A DNA stretch of 60,286 bases from a virus (lineage: Duplodnaviria; Caudoviricetes), in IMG/VR virus record IMGVR_UViG_3300027911_000003, positions 1 to 60,286 of that record; one strand, written 5' to 3'. Made by a program: the position numbers and the translations under genes. Below the pieces are notes generated by a model. It was not told the origin of the DNA. It saw only the letters and a program-made list of their open reading frames with translations, and ran no database searches. The number at the start of each line of letters is the position of its first letter. Position 1 is the first letter of the stretch. Shown here piece by piece: positions 27,043-34,573 of this stretch.

Positions 27043-27332
27043 TCGAAACCCCAAACAGTCGCATGGTCAACACTGTGGGACACAAAAGTCGGACAATAAT
27101 CTGCGGCTCCTGTCATTTGATTGATGAAACAGCCGGTCCCTAGATCGAAGAAATGACTGATGTCGTTGTCGTCTCGACCATAACAGGAGCGCAAAGCGTA
27201 AAAGGCTTGAGGCCTTGGCGTCATGTCGCATGCGCCAATGCGGAGCGGAGCGGAGTGCTCTTGAAACACCGCGACCGTGGCAACGCCTAGGGCGACGCAG
27301 ACAACGATGCCGCCGATATGACTGTCTTTCAT
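27039..27332 (-). CDS. Membrane-anchored Cys-containing protein
   Basis: N-terminal TM followed by 4 Cys. Confidence 0.6.
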   Translation of the reverse strand: MKDSHIGGIVVCVALGVATVAVFQEHSAPLRIGACDMTPRPQAFYALRSCYGRDDNDISHFFDLGTGCFINQMTGAADYCPTFVSHSVDHATVWGFE

Positions 27333-27562
27333 GGCTTCTGCACTCCGAACAACTCCCGAAGGGCGGTCACGACCTCTTCAAGAGACATGCTTTCGAAACC
27401 AAGCCGTTCCAATTCGGTTATCTTGTTCTCCGCTATCTTCACCGCTTCGGCTCCGATAAGGGCAATAATCTCGTTGCATAGACGCTCGCAGCAGTCAACG
27501 CAAGGACAGCTACCACCCCGAGCTATCGTAAGGGCTCGACTCCGCATTTCCTCTCTATTCAT
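27329..27562 (-). CDS. Hypothetical protein, paralog of 37226-37459
   Basis: GAEAVK and ALRELFxVxKP shared; CPCVDCC in the variable part. Confidence 0.7.
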   Translation of the reverse strand: MNREEMRSRALTIARGGSCPCVDCCERLCNEIIALIGAEAVKIAENKITELERLGFESMSLEEVVTALRELFGVQKP

Positions 27563-27565
27563 GAT

Positions 27566-27841
27566 TCACTCCGGTTTGATGGCGGCGAGAAGGGAGACGC
27601 GGGCACGTTCGCGATAATCATTTCGAACGTATTCAGTTTCGTCATTCCACTCAGGAGTGAAAAACATTCGTACATTACGTTCGTATTGTTCCTTCGCCCC
27701 TCTCTCCACCATATCCTTGAACTCTTGGGAATCGGGGTTTGTGGGGACGAGGGCGAAGTTATTAAGGCTGAGCTTTTCGATGAACTCTTTCGCCGAACTG
27801 CTGTTACGTATTGCAAATACAACCGCCTGTTCCGCCGTCAT
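27566..27841 (-). CDS. Hypothetical protein
   Basis: 91 aa, ATGA-coupled. Confidence 0.6.
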   Translation of the reverse strand: MTAEQAVVFAIRNSSSAKEFIEKLSLNNFALVPTNPDSQEFKDMVERGAKEQYERNVRMFFTPEWNDETEYVRNDYRERARVSLLAAIKPE

Positions 27842-28299
27842 TGGCTCGCCCCTGAGTTAGAGAGGGCGGCGTCGATAACTTTCAAAATATCCCTGCCCCA
27901 TGTCACGCCATACAGGTCTTGTTGCTGCTCTATCCAATCGCCGGCCTGCTTGAGGGCTTCCTGATATCTATCCCGATAGGCTTGCGCGGGAGCCAGCCGA
28001 CTTGCATATAGCTCAGCATCGGCCGTCGCCTTCGCCAACGCCTCCCGCAGTTCCGCGATGGTTGCGTCGCGAGCGGCGGATTCATCATTATGAGCCTTCT
28101 TTAACGCAAGTATTGTGCTTTCGAGATAGTATTTCGCCTCGGCGGCGCTGTTGGCGGCTCTTTGCTCAACTTCGGTGAGAGTGGCGCGGAGGGCGTCCCG
28201 TTCGGCCAGGACCCGACCGAATACGGTCGCCGACACGGCTTCCGAATAGATGGGCCCAATCTTGAGCAGCGATCCCTCGCTAATATCCACTTCGCTCAT
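27838..28299 (-). CDS. Coiled-coil hypothetical protein
   Basis: 153 aa, A/E/L/R-rich heptads. Confidence 0.7.
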   Translation of the reverse strand: MSEVDISEGSLLKIGPIYSEAVSATVFGRVLAERDALRATLTEVEQRAANSAAEAKYYLESTILALKKAHNDESAARDATIAELREALAKATADAELYASRLAPAQAYRDRYQEALKQAGDWIEQQQDLYGVTWGRDILKVIDAALSNSGASQ

Positions 28300-28302
28300 C
28301 GG

Positions 28303-28689
28303 TCAATATCCACTGCTAGAGCCATCGCCGCTGCTGGAAGAAGTTGCACCATCAGCATTGCCGCCCGCATCAGCCGCGCCGCTAGTCGAGCTACCGTAGC
28401 CTGCGTTGGGACTGCCGTTGTTGCTCGTGCCAGCGCCGCCAGCGGGTGGATCGGGGACGCACCCTTGGCCTCTTATGTCGTTACAGGCGTAGGGGTAGAC
28501 CGGGTCGGCTGGTGCGGTTGACGGTGTGGCTATGGTGCGGGGTGTGTCGATGAGGCAATAGCCATGGTACAGATCCTCGTCGAGTGGGCAGGAGGTGAGG
28601 TTTTGGGCGCTAGCTGCGCCTAGCCAGAACGCTAACCCTGTGGCCGGAAGGGCTAGGGCCAGTGCAAACGCCTTATCTACTTCGCTCAT
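28303..28689 (-). CDS. Secreted protein, 4 Cys plus G/S-rich tail (moron-like)
   Basis: Hydrophobic leader ending ASA|Q; flanked by 17/18-nt direct repeats. Confidence 0.65.
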   Translation of the reverse strand: MSEVDKAFALALALPATGLAFWLGAASAQNLTSCPLDEDLYHGYCLIDTPRTIATPSTAPADPVYPYACNDIRGQGCVPDPPAGGAGTSNNGSPNAGYGSSTSGAADAGGNADGATSSSSGDGSSSGY

Positions 28690-29006
28690 CGCTCGGTCTC
28701 CGCTTCATCCGCCGACCAAACATTCTCGACAATCCATCGCGAGAGATGAGGGCCAACCTTTGGCGGGTCGGCTCGGTATTCCGCCGTCAAGCGCGCGGTT
28801 TTCGCGATTGGTAATTCCGAATATTTGCGGTCGATTTGGTTAGCCTGCCGAGTTGCTAGGCTTTCAGCCAATGTCGCCAGACCTGCAGATACCCGCGCTC
28901 GCTCTGCCGGATCGATAACCTGACCAGGGGGTGCTTCGCGGTAATGCGACATTTTGAACCGCTGCAACGCGGGAAGCGCCGATACGGGAGCCGCTCGTTT
29001 TTTCAT
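28686..29006 (-). CDS. Hypothetical protein downstream of the initiator-like gene
   Basis: ATGA-coupled; 106 aa. Confidence 0.6.
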   Translation of the reverse strand: MKKRAAPVSALPALQRFKMSHYREAPPGQVIDPAERARVSAGLATLAESLATRQANQIDRKYSELPIAKTARLTAEYRADPPKVGPHLSRWIVENVWSADEAETER

Positions 29007-29383
29007 GGCCGTGGCTCCGCCGATGCGAGCCCAGCGCCATTCGGCGGCCATTCTGACGGGAAGTGCCATCCTATTCCCAGTTTATCGACGGGGGGCGTTT
29101 TGCCCTTAGATCGTCGATACTCGATTTCCCATGCCGCCCACTGCGGCGTTCCTATTTTGACGAATACTTTGCCGTTTTCGTGTTCAGACGTCTTATTAAG
29201 ACCATTTAAGACGTTTTCAGACGTCTTAGTAAGACTTTTAAGATAATATCTTCGGTTTATCGCCTGTCTCACGGGATTTACCTCTCGCTTATGGCTATCG
29301 ATGACAATTTGGATAACCGCCTGCAACTTGTCCCCAAGTTCGAGCGCTAGCAGCCGCTCCAATGTTGCCGCCGATATGCCCAC
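29003..29383 (-). CDS. Small replication initiator-like protein with internal iterons
   Basis: RQAINRRYY basic helix, internal DNA repeats, VFVKIGTPQWAAW...GWHFPSEWPP C-terminus; lambdoid O position. Confidence 0.55.
   Translation of the reverse strand: MGISAATLERLLALELGDKLQAVIQIVIDSHKREVNPVRQAINRRYYLKSLTKTSENVLNGLNKTSEHENGKVFVKIGTPQWAAWEIEYRRSKGKTPPVDKLGIGWHFPSEWPPNGAGLASAEPRP
29183..29244. repeat. Iteron-like repeats (candidate origin)
   Basis: TTCAGACGTCTTA(T/G)TAAGAC at 29183 and 29216 (19/20 identical, 33-bp period); AGAC/AGAT at 29186, 29199, 29209, 29219, 29232, 29241; AT-rich. Confidence 0.65.
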
Positions 29384-29399
29384 TTCGTCCCTACCAGTC

Positions 29400-29865
29400 T
29401 TATTTTCCTATGTTCATGCTTGTTGGTGAGGTCTGAGTAAGGGCATAGGACGACCAGCCCTGCTGAATTAGCAAGGCCAGTCCCCACGCCCTCACCGATC
29501 TTGCTTGCCGGAGCCAGCCGTCGTTTCGGGCGGCAATCTCGCGACGCTGCGGATTGCCTTGGCGCCTACTTTTCAGAGCTTTGCGTCGCTCTAGCGGTCG
29601 GACCTCGCGCCTTTCGGACCAGTCCTGCATCTTTGCCGCGCCCCCTGGTGATGCTTTTTGCCTGATTCGCCCCAGCGTCCTCAGTTTCTGGAACCGCCGA
29701 CGAATTAGGATGCTTCGAAAGCCTCCTTTGTTAGGATGAACGAACAGACGAACGTCATGCGCCCAGCCCTAGGGCTTGCGTTCGGATGCGCGAAACTGTA
29801 TATGGGTTGTCGGTCACGATTGCTCCGTGGCTCGCCTAGACCAGGGTCGGCAAACCCCCTAGGCA
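29400..29865 (-). ncRNA. Long structured RNA (about 470 nt) upstream of the initiator-like gene
   Basis: No credible CDS; many stems; roughly 28-bp hairpin at 29436-29496 with G-U pairs valid only on the minus strand. Confidence 0.65.
29775..29804 (+). promoter_or_regulatory. Antisense-RNA promoter
   Basis: CTTGCG-N17-GTATAT, close to the rhizobial CTTGAC-N17-CTATAT consensus. Confidence 0.55.
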
Positions 29866-29870
29866 TCTAT

Positions 29871-29901
29871 ACGATAGGCGCAAATCATGCGCTTCGTCAA
29901 G
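29871..29901 (-). promoter_or_regulatory. Promoter of the long RNA
   Basis: CTTGACG-N18-TATCGT; predicted start near 29864 matches the first hairpin GCCTAG/CTAGGC. Confidence 0.5.
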
Positions 29902-29903
29902 AA

Positions 29904-29937
29904 CCGCTCGGCAGCCCCAGCCGGGCGGTTTTTCGTT
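29904..29937 (+). terminator. Intrinsic terminator antisense to flanking genes
   Basis: 9-bp stem CCGCUCGGC/GCCGGGCGG (U-G wobble only on plus strand) then UUUUUCGUU. Confidence 0.7.
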
Positions 29938-29968
29938 AGAGGGCGCGCCAACAATTCCTCGTAAGCGC

Positions 29969-30382
29969 TCACGCTCGTTTCCTCGCTTCTCGCGTCCAAG
30001 CAAGCGCCTCGGCGATGGCGGTCGCAACGCGGGCTTCCGATTGGGCCAGGGCGCGCGCGATTTGCCAACTGTTGAATTTGCTTGGGCCTGCGAACAGTTC
30101 AAGCGCTACCCGGTGAAAGTCCGTCATGCGAGGTTCTGCATCTGCTAGAACCTCGCAAGAGTTATTCCCAATAACTTCATCGGCGCAGCAGATGAAATCA
30201 GCGTGGAAGGAATACGGCTTTTTGTTATGGTCCCATTTTATCCATAGACAATCAGCGAGGGTGCTATGTCCGGTCACTGTGCCACGGAATGTAGGACGTT
30301 CTGGCATCGTCTGCCAGAGACGGTCTATCCCTTTCGGAGACAGCTTAACCCGATCTCCCACACGAAAGTCAGGCATCTTCAC
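29969..30382 (-). CDS. Hypothetical protein (SH3-like N-terminus, HTH-like C-terminus)
   Basis: FRVGDRVKL; NSWQIARALAQSEARV. Confidence 0.6.
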   Translation of the reverse strand: MKMPDFRVGDRVKLSPKGIDRLWQTMPERPTFRGTVTGHSTLADCLWIKWDHNKKPYSFHADFICCADEVIGNNSCEVLADAEPRMTDFHRVALELFAGPSKFNSWQIARALAQSEARVATAIAEALAWTREARKRA

Positions 30383-30525
30383 GGCCTCTTCTTTTTCAAA
30401 CGCTTTACCGCATCCTCGAACTGTATCCCTTGAAGTTCAACGATCTTCGCAACCAAGATTTCGAGCGCGGTTATCCGCTTTTCAAGGGCGGCGATCGTCA
30501 ATCGAAGCGCGGCGTCGTCAGTCAT
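30379..30525 (-). CDS. 48-aa coiled-coil peptide
   Basis: MTDDAALRLTIAALEKRITALE...; coupled at both ends. Confidence 0.55.
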   Translation of the reverse strand: MTDDAALRLTIAALEKRITALEILVAKIVELQGIQFEDAVKRLKKKRP

Positions 30526-30857
30526 CGAATGACCTCAGTGATTTTTATTCCGTAGTACAATTCAGCCGCTTTCTTACGCAGACGATAAGCCGCATCCATC
30601 GCTGTGCCTGTTGACTTTGTGTCCTCCACGACACGCCCGCACCGCTTGTCTAAGTAGGAAAAGTCCGCAGTATATGTGCAGAAGTGCTTTCCCATTATGA
30701 GGACAGGATAAGCGGGCTGAATTAGGATGTCGCAGATAATCCCCGCTCGCTCTAACAGCTTCAGTTCCTTGTATCTCTCGGCCTCTTTCTTGCTGTCGAA
30801 TAGAATGCCGTCAACGAAACGGTCGCGCTTGTCGGCAACAGGAAAGCGAGATGTCAT
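30522..30857 (-). CDS. DUF1064-like PD-(D/E)XK nuclease
   Basis: VDGILFDSKKEAERY...YTADFSY...VVEDTK. Confidence 0.85.
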   Translation of the reverse strand: MTSRFPVADKRDRFVDGILFDSKKEAERYKELKLLERAGIICDILIQPAYPVLIMGKHFCTYTADFSYLDKRCGRVVEDTKSTGTAMDAAYRLRKKAAELYYGIKITEVIR

Positions 30858-31225
30858 AGACAACCCCCATGTCCGTCGCGAATCAGTTCGGCGTGCTCCT
30901 TTGCGAGATCGTGCATATTCTCATTGATATTAATCGCATATTGAAATGTGCATAAGAAAAAATAGATATTAGCGCAATCAAGGCAGAGGAAATACGGCGC
31001 GCGTGGCGGCCCATTTTCATACTCTTCGCCATAGATTTTACGTTCAATCTCGCATTCAGGAATTTTCCATCGCTTGAATTTTGCTGACAACTCTCCTGGC
31101 CTAACGATGTTATTGCACGACCGGCATTTTGTCGCTCGCTTCCGGTCGCATGGCGCTATTTTATTGCAGGCCGTCCAGCAAATAGCGCCAGGCTTTGGAT
31201 CCCAATCGTAATCGCATGTCAGCAT
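30854..31225 (-). CDS. Cys-rich putative Zn-binding protein
   Basis: CRSC and CLDC pairs. Confidence 0.65.
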   Translation of the reverse strand: MLTCDYDWDPKPGAICWTACNKIAPCDRKRATKCRSCNNIVRPGELSAKFKRWKIPECEIERKIYGEEYENGPPRAPYFLCLDCANIYFFLCTFQYAININENMHDLAKEHAELIRDGHGGCL

Positions 31226-31458
31226 TTCTTTCGCCTCTTTCTCGGCGCCCAGAGATCGGGCCGCAACGCGCTCCGCTTGATCCTGCCCTTGGTGGCGGTC
31301 TCAATCGCTATCGCGACCTTCGGGCCGCACCAGTTCGTCTTGATGCTGATGTTGATCGCGGCTTCCGTGATCGCGCCTAACCGCGCGAGTTCGGCCTGAG
31401 AGCCGACAATCTCTATGGCTTGGCGCAATCTCTCTGCGACTTGGCTATTTTCTGACAT
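31219..31458 (-). CDS. Cro/YdaS-like HTH regulator
   Basis: AIEIVGSQAELARLGAITEAAI...IETATKGRIKRSALRPDLW. Confidence 0.85.
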   Translation of the reverse strand: MSENSQVAERLRQAIEIVGSQAELARLGAITEAAINISIKTNWCGPKVAIAIETATKGRIKRSALRPDLWAPRKRRKKC

Positions 31459-31465
31459 GGTTGCT

Positions 31466-31553
31466 TGCTTAAAGCGATTTGCGGCGTTTGGCAAGAGGGA
31501 GTTAAAATAATTTTCGCAGAGGGCTTGCGCGGCGCGGAAAAATGATTTAAGCC
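31466..31553. promoter_or_regulatory. Divergent early promoters
   Basis: Minus TTGCCA-N17-TAAGCA (31494-31466); plus TTGCGC-N17-TAAGCC (31525-31553). Confidence 0.6.
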
Positions 31554-31615
31554 TCTGTCTCGCCGTTACGGTTGCTTGCGAATCAACCGGGCAACCGATG
31601 GCGATTGGAGATGAT

Positions 31616-31900
31616 ATGATGCCCCGTCCTGTTCTTGTCACTACAGAATTTCGCGCCGTATTCTTCGGTTATGCCGAGGATACTAGCGGCGATCCGATCA
31701 CGCTGACTAACGCTCGCAACTGCATTTATTGGCCTTTGGCAAATGGCGGGTTCGGTGGTCTCGCTAGCGAAGGGCCGGCGAAAGGATCGCGCATCGGGGC
31801 GGTTGTTCCAAAACTGGAGCTTCGTAAGATCACGTCTGTCGCAGAAGTCTCCGAAGTCGCCGCCAAGGAATGGGAAAGCGCGAAGGTGTATCGTGGTTAA
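31616..31900 (+). CDS. DUF6948-like phage protein
   Basis: VLVTT...VFFG...LTNARNCIYW...LASEGP motif; GGAG RBS. Confidence 0.75.
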   Translation: MMPRPVLVTTEFRAVFFGYAEDTSGDPITLTNARNCIYWPLANGGFGGLASEGPAKGSRIGAVVPKLELRKITSVAEVSEVAAKEWESAKVYRG

Positions 31901-32066
31901 GGGCGGCTCCGGCTACGGCTCCGGCTCCGGCTACGGCTCCGGCTCCGGCTACGGCTACGGCTACGGCTACGGCTACGGCTCCGGCGATGGCGATGGCTAC
32001 GGCTACGGCTCCGGCTACGGCTACGGCTACGGCGATGGCTCCGGCGATGGCGATGGCGAAAAATAG
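31893..32066 (+). CDS. Gly-X repeat (GYG/GSG/GDG) micro-protein
   Basis: GTG 31893 overlaps the end of the upstream gene; tandem GGCTAC/GGCTCC/GGCGAT hexamers. Confidence 0.65.
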   Translation: MVKGGSGYGSGSGYGSGSGYGYGYGYGYGSGDGDGYGYGSGYGYGYGDGSGDGDGEK

Positions 32067-32090
32067 CTTTCAATCATTGGAGATAAAGCG

Positions 32091-32294
32091 ATGACCATGT
32101 CCATAATATTTGAGCGGCGGCTTCCGGATGGTTCGGTTGGATGCCTAGGGACGGCGTATGAGAGCCCGCGCGGATGGCGTTTTGTACCCGCCGTTGCTTC
32201 TCATAAGCCCAGCCGAAAAGTCCATGCGACTATGGAAAGGTGTCTGCCTCGCTGGCTTCATTATCCGGACGGATGCGAAAGCCGGAGTGTCTGA
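32091..32294 (+). CDS. Hypothetical protein
   Basis: GGAG RBS; 67 aa. Confidence 0.6.
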   Translation: MTMSIIFERRLPDGSVGCLGTAYESPRGWRFVPAVASHKPSRKVHATMERCLPRWLHYPDGCESRSV

Positions 32295-32295
32295 A

Positions 32296-32472
32296 ATGAC
32301 ATCATTTTCGGAAGGCGATATCGCAGAGATAATCGTTCAAATTCTACAAGGGGAGTTGCCGCCAGTGACAGCGGCAACCCTTGGATGGCAGATGACCGCG
32401 TGGGATTTCGGAGAAATCGAGATTATCACAAAGGATGGCTCGAAATTCATCCTCGTCGTTACGAAAGAATGA
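32296..32472 (+). CDS. Hypothetical protein
   Basis: GGAG RBS; 58 aa. Confidence 0.55.
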   Translation: MTSFSEGDIAEIIVQILQGELPPVTAATLGWQMTAWDFGEIEIITKDGSKFILVVTKE

Positions 32473-32588
32473 CAGACCCGAAGGCGTATCCGGGTGCTCC
32501 CTAGTCGCAGGGAAAGCAGACGCCGAGCGACGTGTCGAAGGACGAAGCCGGTTAGCACCTCGCCGGCACAGATTTTGGAGATCAATCA

Positions 32589-33296
32589 GTGAAAACCTCG
32601 CCTGAAACTAACGAAATTTCCGCCGCTCTCGCGAAAGCGCAGGGGGTTATGAACAATCCAGGCAAGGGCGCGAAAAACCCGCATTTCAAATCCAATTATG
32701 CGGATTTGTCGTCTGGCATCAATGCGATCCGAGAAGGTCTCTCCGCCAATGGAATTGCGGTTATCCAAGCGCCGCGCCTAGAGGGCGATGTGATGATGCT
32801 CGATACGCGCCTCACGCATGGGTCGGATCAGTATTTCGAAAGCGAGTGGCCCATTTGCAAGTTGCCTGCTCCGCCACAACAAATCGGGTCTGCGCTGACC
32901 TATGCGCGTCGCTACGCTCTATTCGCGATGGTTGGCATCGCGGGGGAAGACGACGATGGCAATGCCGCCAACGCGAGTGCAACACCCGCGCCGCCAGTGC
33001 CGGGGCCGTTGACGGACGAGCAGATCAACCATCTTTACGATTTGATCCGGCGAGCGAAGCCAAACCTCGTTTCCTTCCTCGATTTCTTCGGCCTGATCGG
33101 TCCTACCCCCGAAGAATTCGTCAACGCGGATCCGAAAATGCGCCGCAAGGAATTTCTCACGGATTGGGCAGCGACTACGAATGAGACCGACAGTCTAGCT
33201 CTGGTCGCGCATCTGAACCCCGGACGCTTTAACGAGGCGGTCGGCTTTCTCAATCAAAAGCTGGAATTGGCGGCGAAAAAGGAAGCGAGCAAATGA
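32589..33296 (+). CDS. erf: ERF-family ssDNA annealing protein
   Basis: NPHFKSNYADL...GSALTYARRYALFAMVGIAGEDDDGN. Confidence 0.92.
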   Translation: MKTSPETNEISAALAKAQGVMNNPGKGAKNPHFKSNYADLSSGINAIREGLSANGIAVIQAPRLEGDVMMLDTRLTHGSDQYFESEWPICKLPAPPQQIGSALTYARRYALFAMVGIAGEDDDGNAANASATPAPPVPGPLTDEQINHLYDLIRRAKPNLVSFLDFFGLIGPTPEEFVNADPKMRRKEFLTDWAATTNETDSLALVAHLNPGRFNEAVGFLNQKLELAAKKEASK

Positions 33297-33613
33297 ACGG
33301 GACAACCGATGCAGACGTGGAGCGAGCGGAGCTAGTGCGCCGCGCCGCGAACGAACAGGCGGAGCGCGAGCGTCAGGCGACTGTGGCTGCACTTCTCGCG
33401 CGCAATGCCGAACAGAAGGCGGCGGAGGACATGGTCGCAAAGCATCAAGCCGAGAACCGCGAACACCGAGCAAAGGTCCATCGCGAGGCTGCTGAGGACT
33501 TTGCAGAAGCGTTGGCGGGAGACCGCGATCCGGCGATCATGATGGATGCGGCGCTGGCGCTCGTGAAAATGATCGTGCGAGATAAAATCCGTCACATTAT
33601 GATCGAGTATTGA
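33293..33613 (+). CDS. Coiled-coil hypothetical protein
   Basis: NREHRAKVHREA...IRHIMIEY. Confidence 0.7.
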   Translation: MNGTTDADVERAELVRRAANEQAERERQATVAALLARNAEQKAAEDMVAKHQAENREHRAKVHREAAEDFAEALAGDRDPAIMMDAALALVKMIVRDKIRHIMIEY

Positions 33614-33614
33614 A

Positions 33615-34211
33615 ATGCCGCTCGAAATCTTCGAAAATATCGTGCAAGGAACTCCGGAATGGATTTCCCTACGCCTCGGCCTGCCGACAGCCTCTTGTTT
33701 TGGAAAGATTTTAGCAAAGGGCGAAGGCAAAACGCGCGCTCAATATATGCGTAGGATCGCGGGAGAAATCCTAACCGGAGAACCCGCGGAAAGTTTTGTC
33801 AGCAATGAGATGGTGCGGGGAACCGTTCTCGAACCAGAAGCCCGCGCCGCTTACGCGCTTATCACCGGGCATGACGTTTATGAGATCGGTTTTGGCATCA
33901 ATCACGGGGCCGGGGCGTCTCCAGATGGATTGATCGGCACTGACGGCGCGGTCGAGTTCAAGGCGGCCAAGCCGGAAATTCTGCTCGAAATTCACGAACG
34001 TGGAGTAATCCCGCCCGAGCACGTTGCGCAGTGTCAAGGCGTCCTCTGGGTTCTGGAGCGCCAATGGATTGATTTCGTCGCATATTGGCCGAAGATGAAA
34101 CTATTTATCACGCGGATCGAACGTAATCCCGCCTATATCGCGACGCTCGCGGCGGCGGTGAAAGCGTTTCAAGCCGACGTTGCGGCACTGGTTGAGAGGC
34201 ACCGAGCATGA
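33615..34211 (+). CDS. YqaJ/lambda-type exonuclease
   Basis: QGTPEW...TAS...GASPDGLIG...VEFK...QCQG. Confidence 0.92.
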   Translation: MPLEIFENIVQGTPEWISLRLGLPTASCFGKILAKGEGKTRAQYMRRIAGEILTGEPAESFVSNEMVRGTVLEPEARAAYALITGHDVYEIGFGINHGAGASPDGLIGTDGAVEFKAAKPEILLEIHERGVIPPEHVAQCQGVLWVLERQWIDFVAYWPKMKLFITRIERNPAYIATLAAAVKAFQADVAALVERHRA

Positions 34212-34573
34212 TTAACAAGCCCGCGCATGGCGCGCCTTGCAATCGCTGTGGCAAGTGTTGCGAGGACGATCAATGCCCACTCTCTGTTAAAGTATTCGGA
34301 GAGATTGGCGCATGTCCAGCATTAGAATGGGAGGGCGATCGATCATCCTGCGGGCTGGTTTCCAATCCCCGCGTTTATGCTCCGGTCTCGGTTGCTCGAT
34401 ATGGCGCGCAGCGTATGTCTAGGGGCGCGCTAATGCTGATCGGATCGTTCGGACATTGTGATGGGCAGTTAGAGGACGAACCATATGATTATTCCTTACG
34501 GGACAAAATGAGCGAATACGACAGAGTAAATCGTTCGTCAATCGCCGATGGATTTAAGGTTTGGAGACTATGA
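34208..34573 (+). CDS. CxxCxxCC (YkgJ-like) Cys-cluster protein
   Basis: CNRCGKCC...ACPAL...SSCGL. Confidence 0.7.
   Translation: MINKPAHGAPCNRCGKCCEDDQCPLSVKVFGEIGACPALEWEGDRSSCGLVSNPRVYAPVSVARYGAQRMSRGALMLIGSFGHCDGQLEDEPYDYSLRDKMSEYDRVNRSSIADGFKVWRL

Larger units (their letters stand above)
29810..29937 (+). ncRNA. Candidate antisense (counter-transcript) RNA, about 125 nt
   Basis: Lies between a plus-strand promoter and terminator; two further hairpins; complementary to the 5' end of the long RNA. Confidence 0.5.

Noticed and set aside
29400-29939. ORFs 29400-29630, 29554-29739 and 29736-29939 as proteins
   Set aside because: No recognisable motifs or coupling to neighbours; the region is better explained by RNA structure, though a leader peptide cannot be excluded
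31904-32057. Tandem repeats as a CRISPR array
   Set aside because: They are hexamer codon repeats with no spacers, and no cas genes are present
32473-32575. tRNA or HDV-like/hammerhead ribozyme
   Set aside because: No TTCRA T-loop or cloverleaf and no catalytic core consensus; I saw no tRNA elsewhere in the window either
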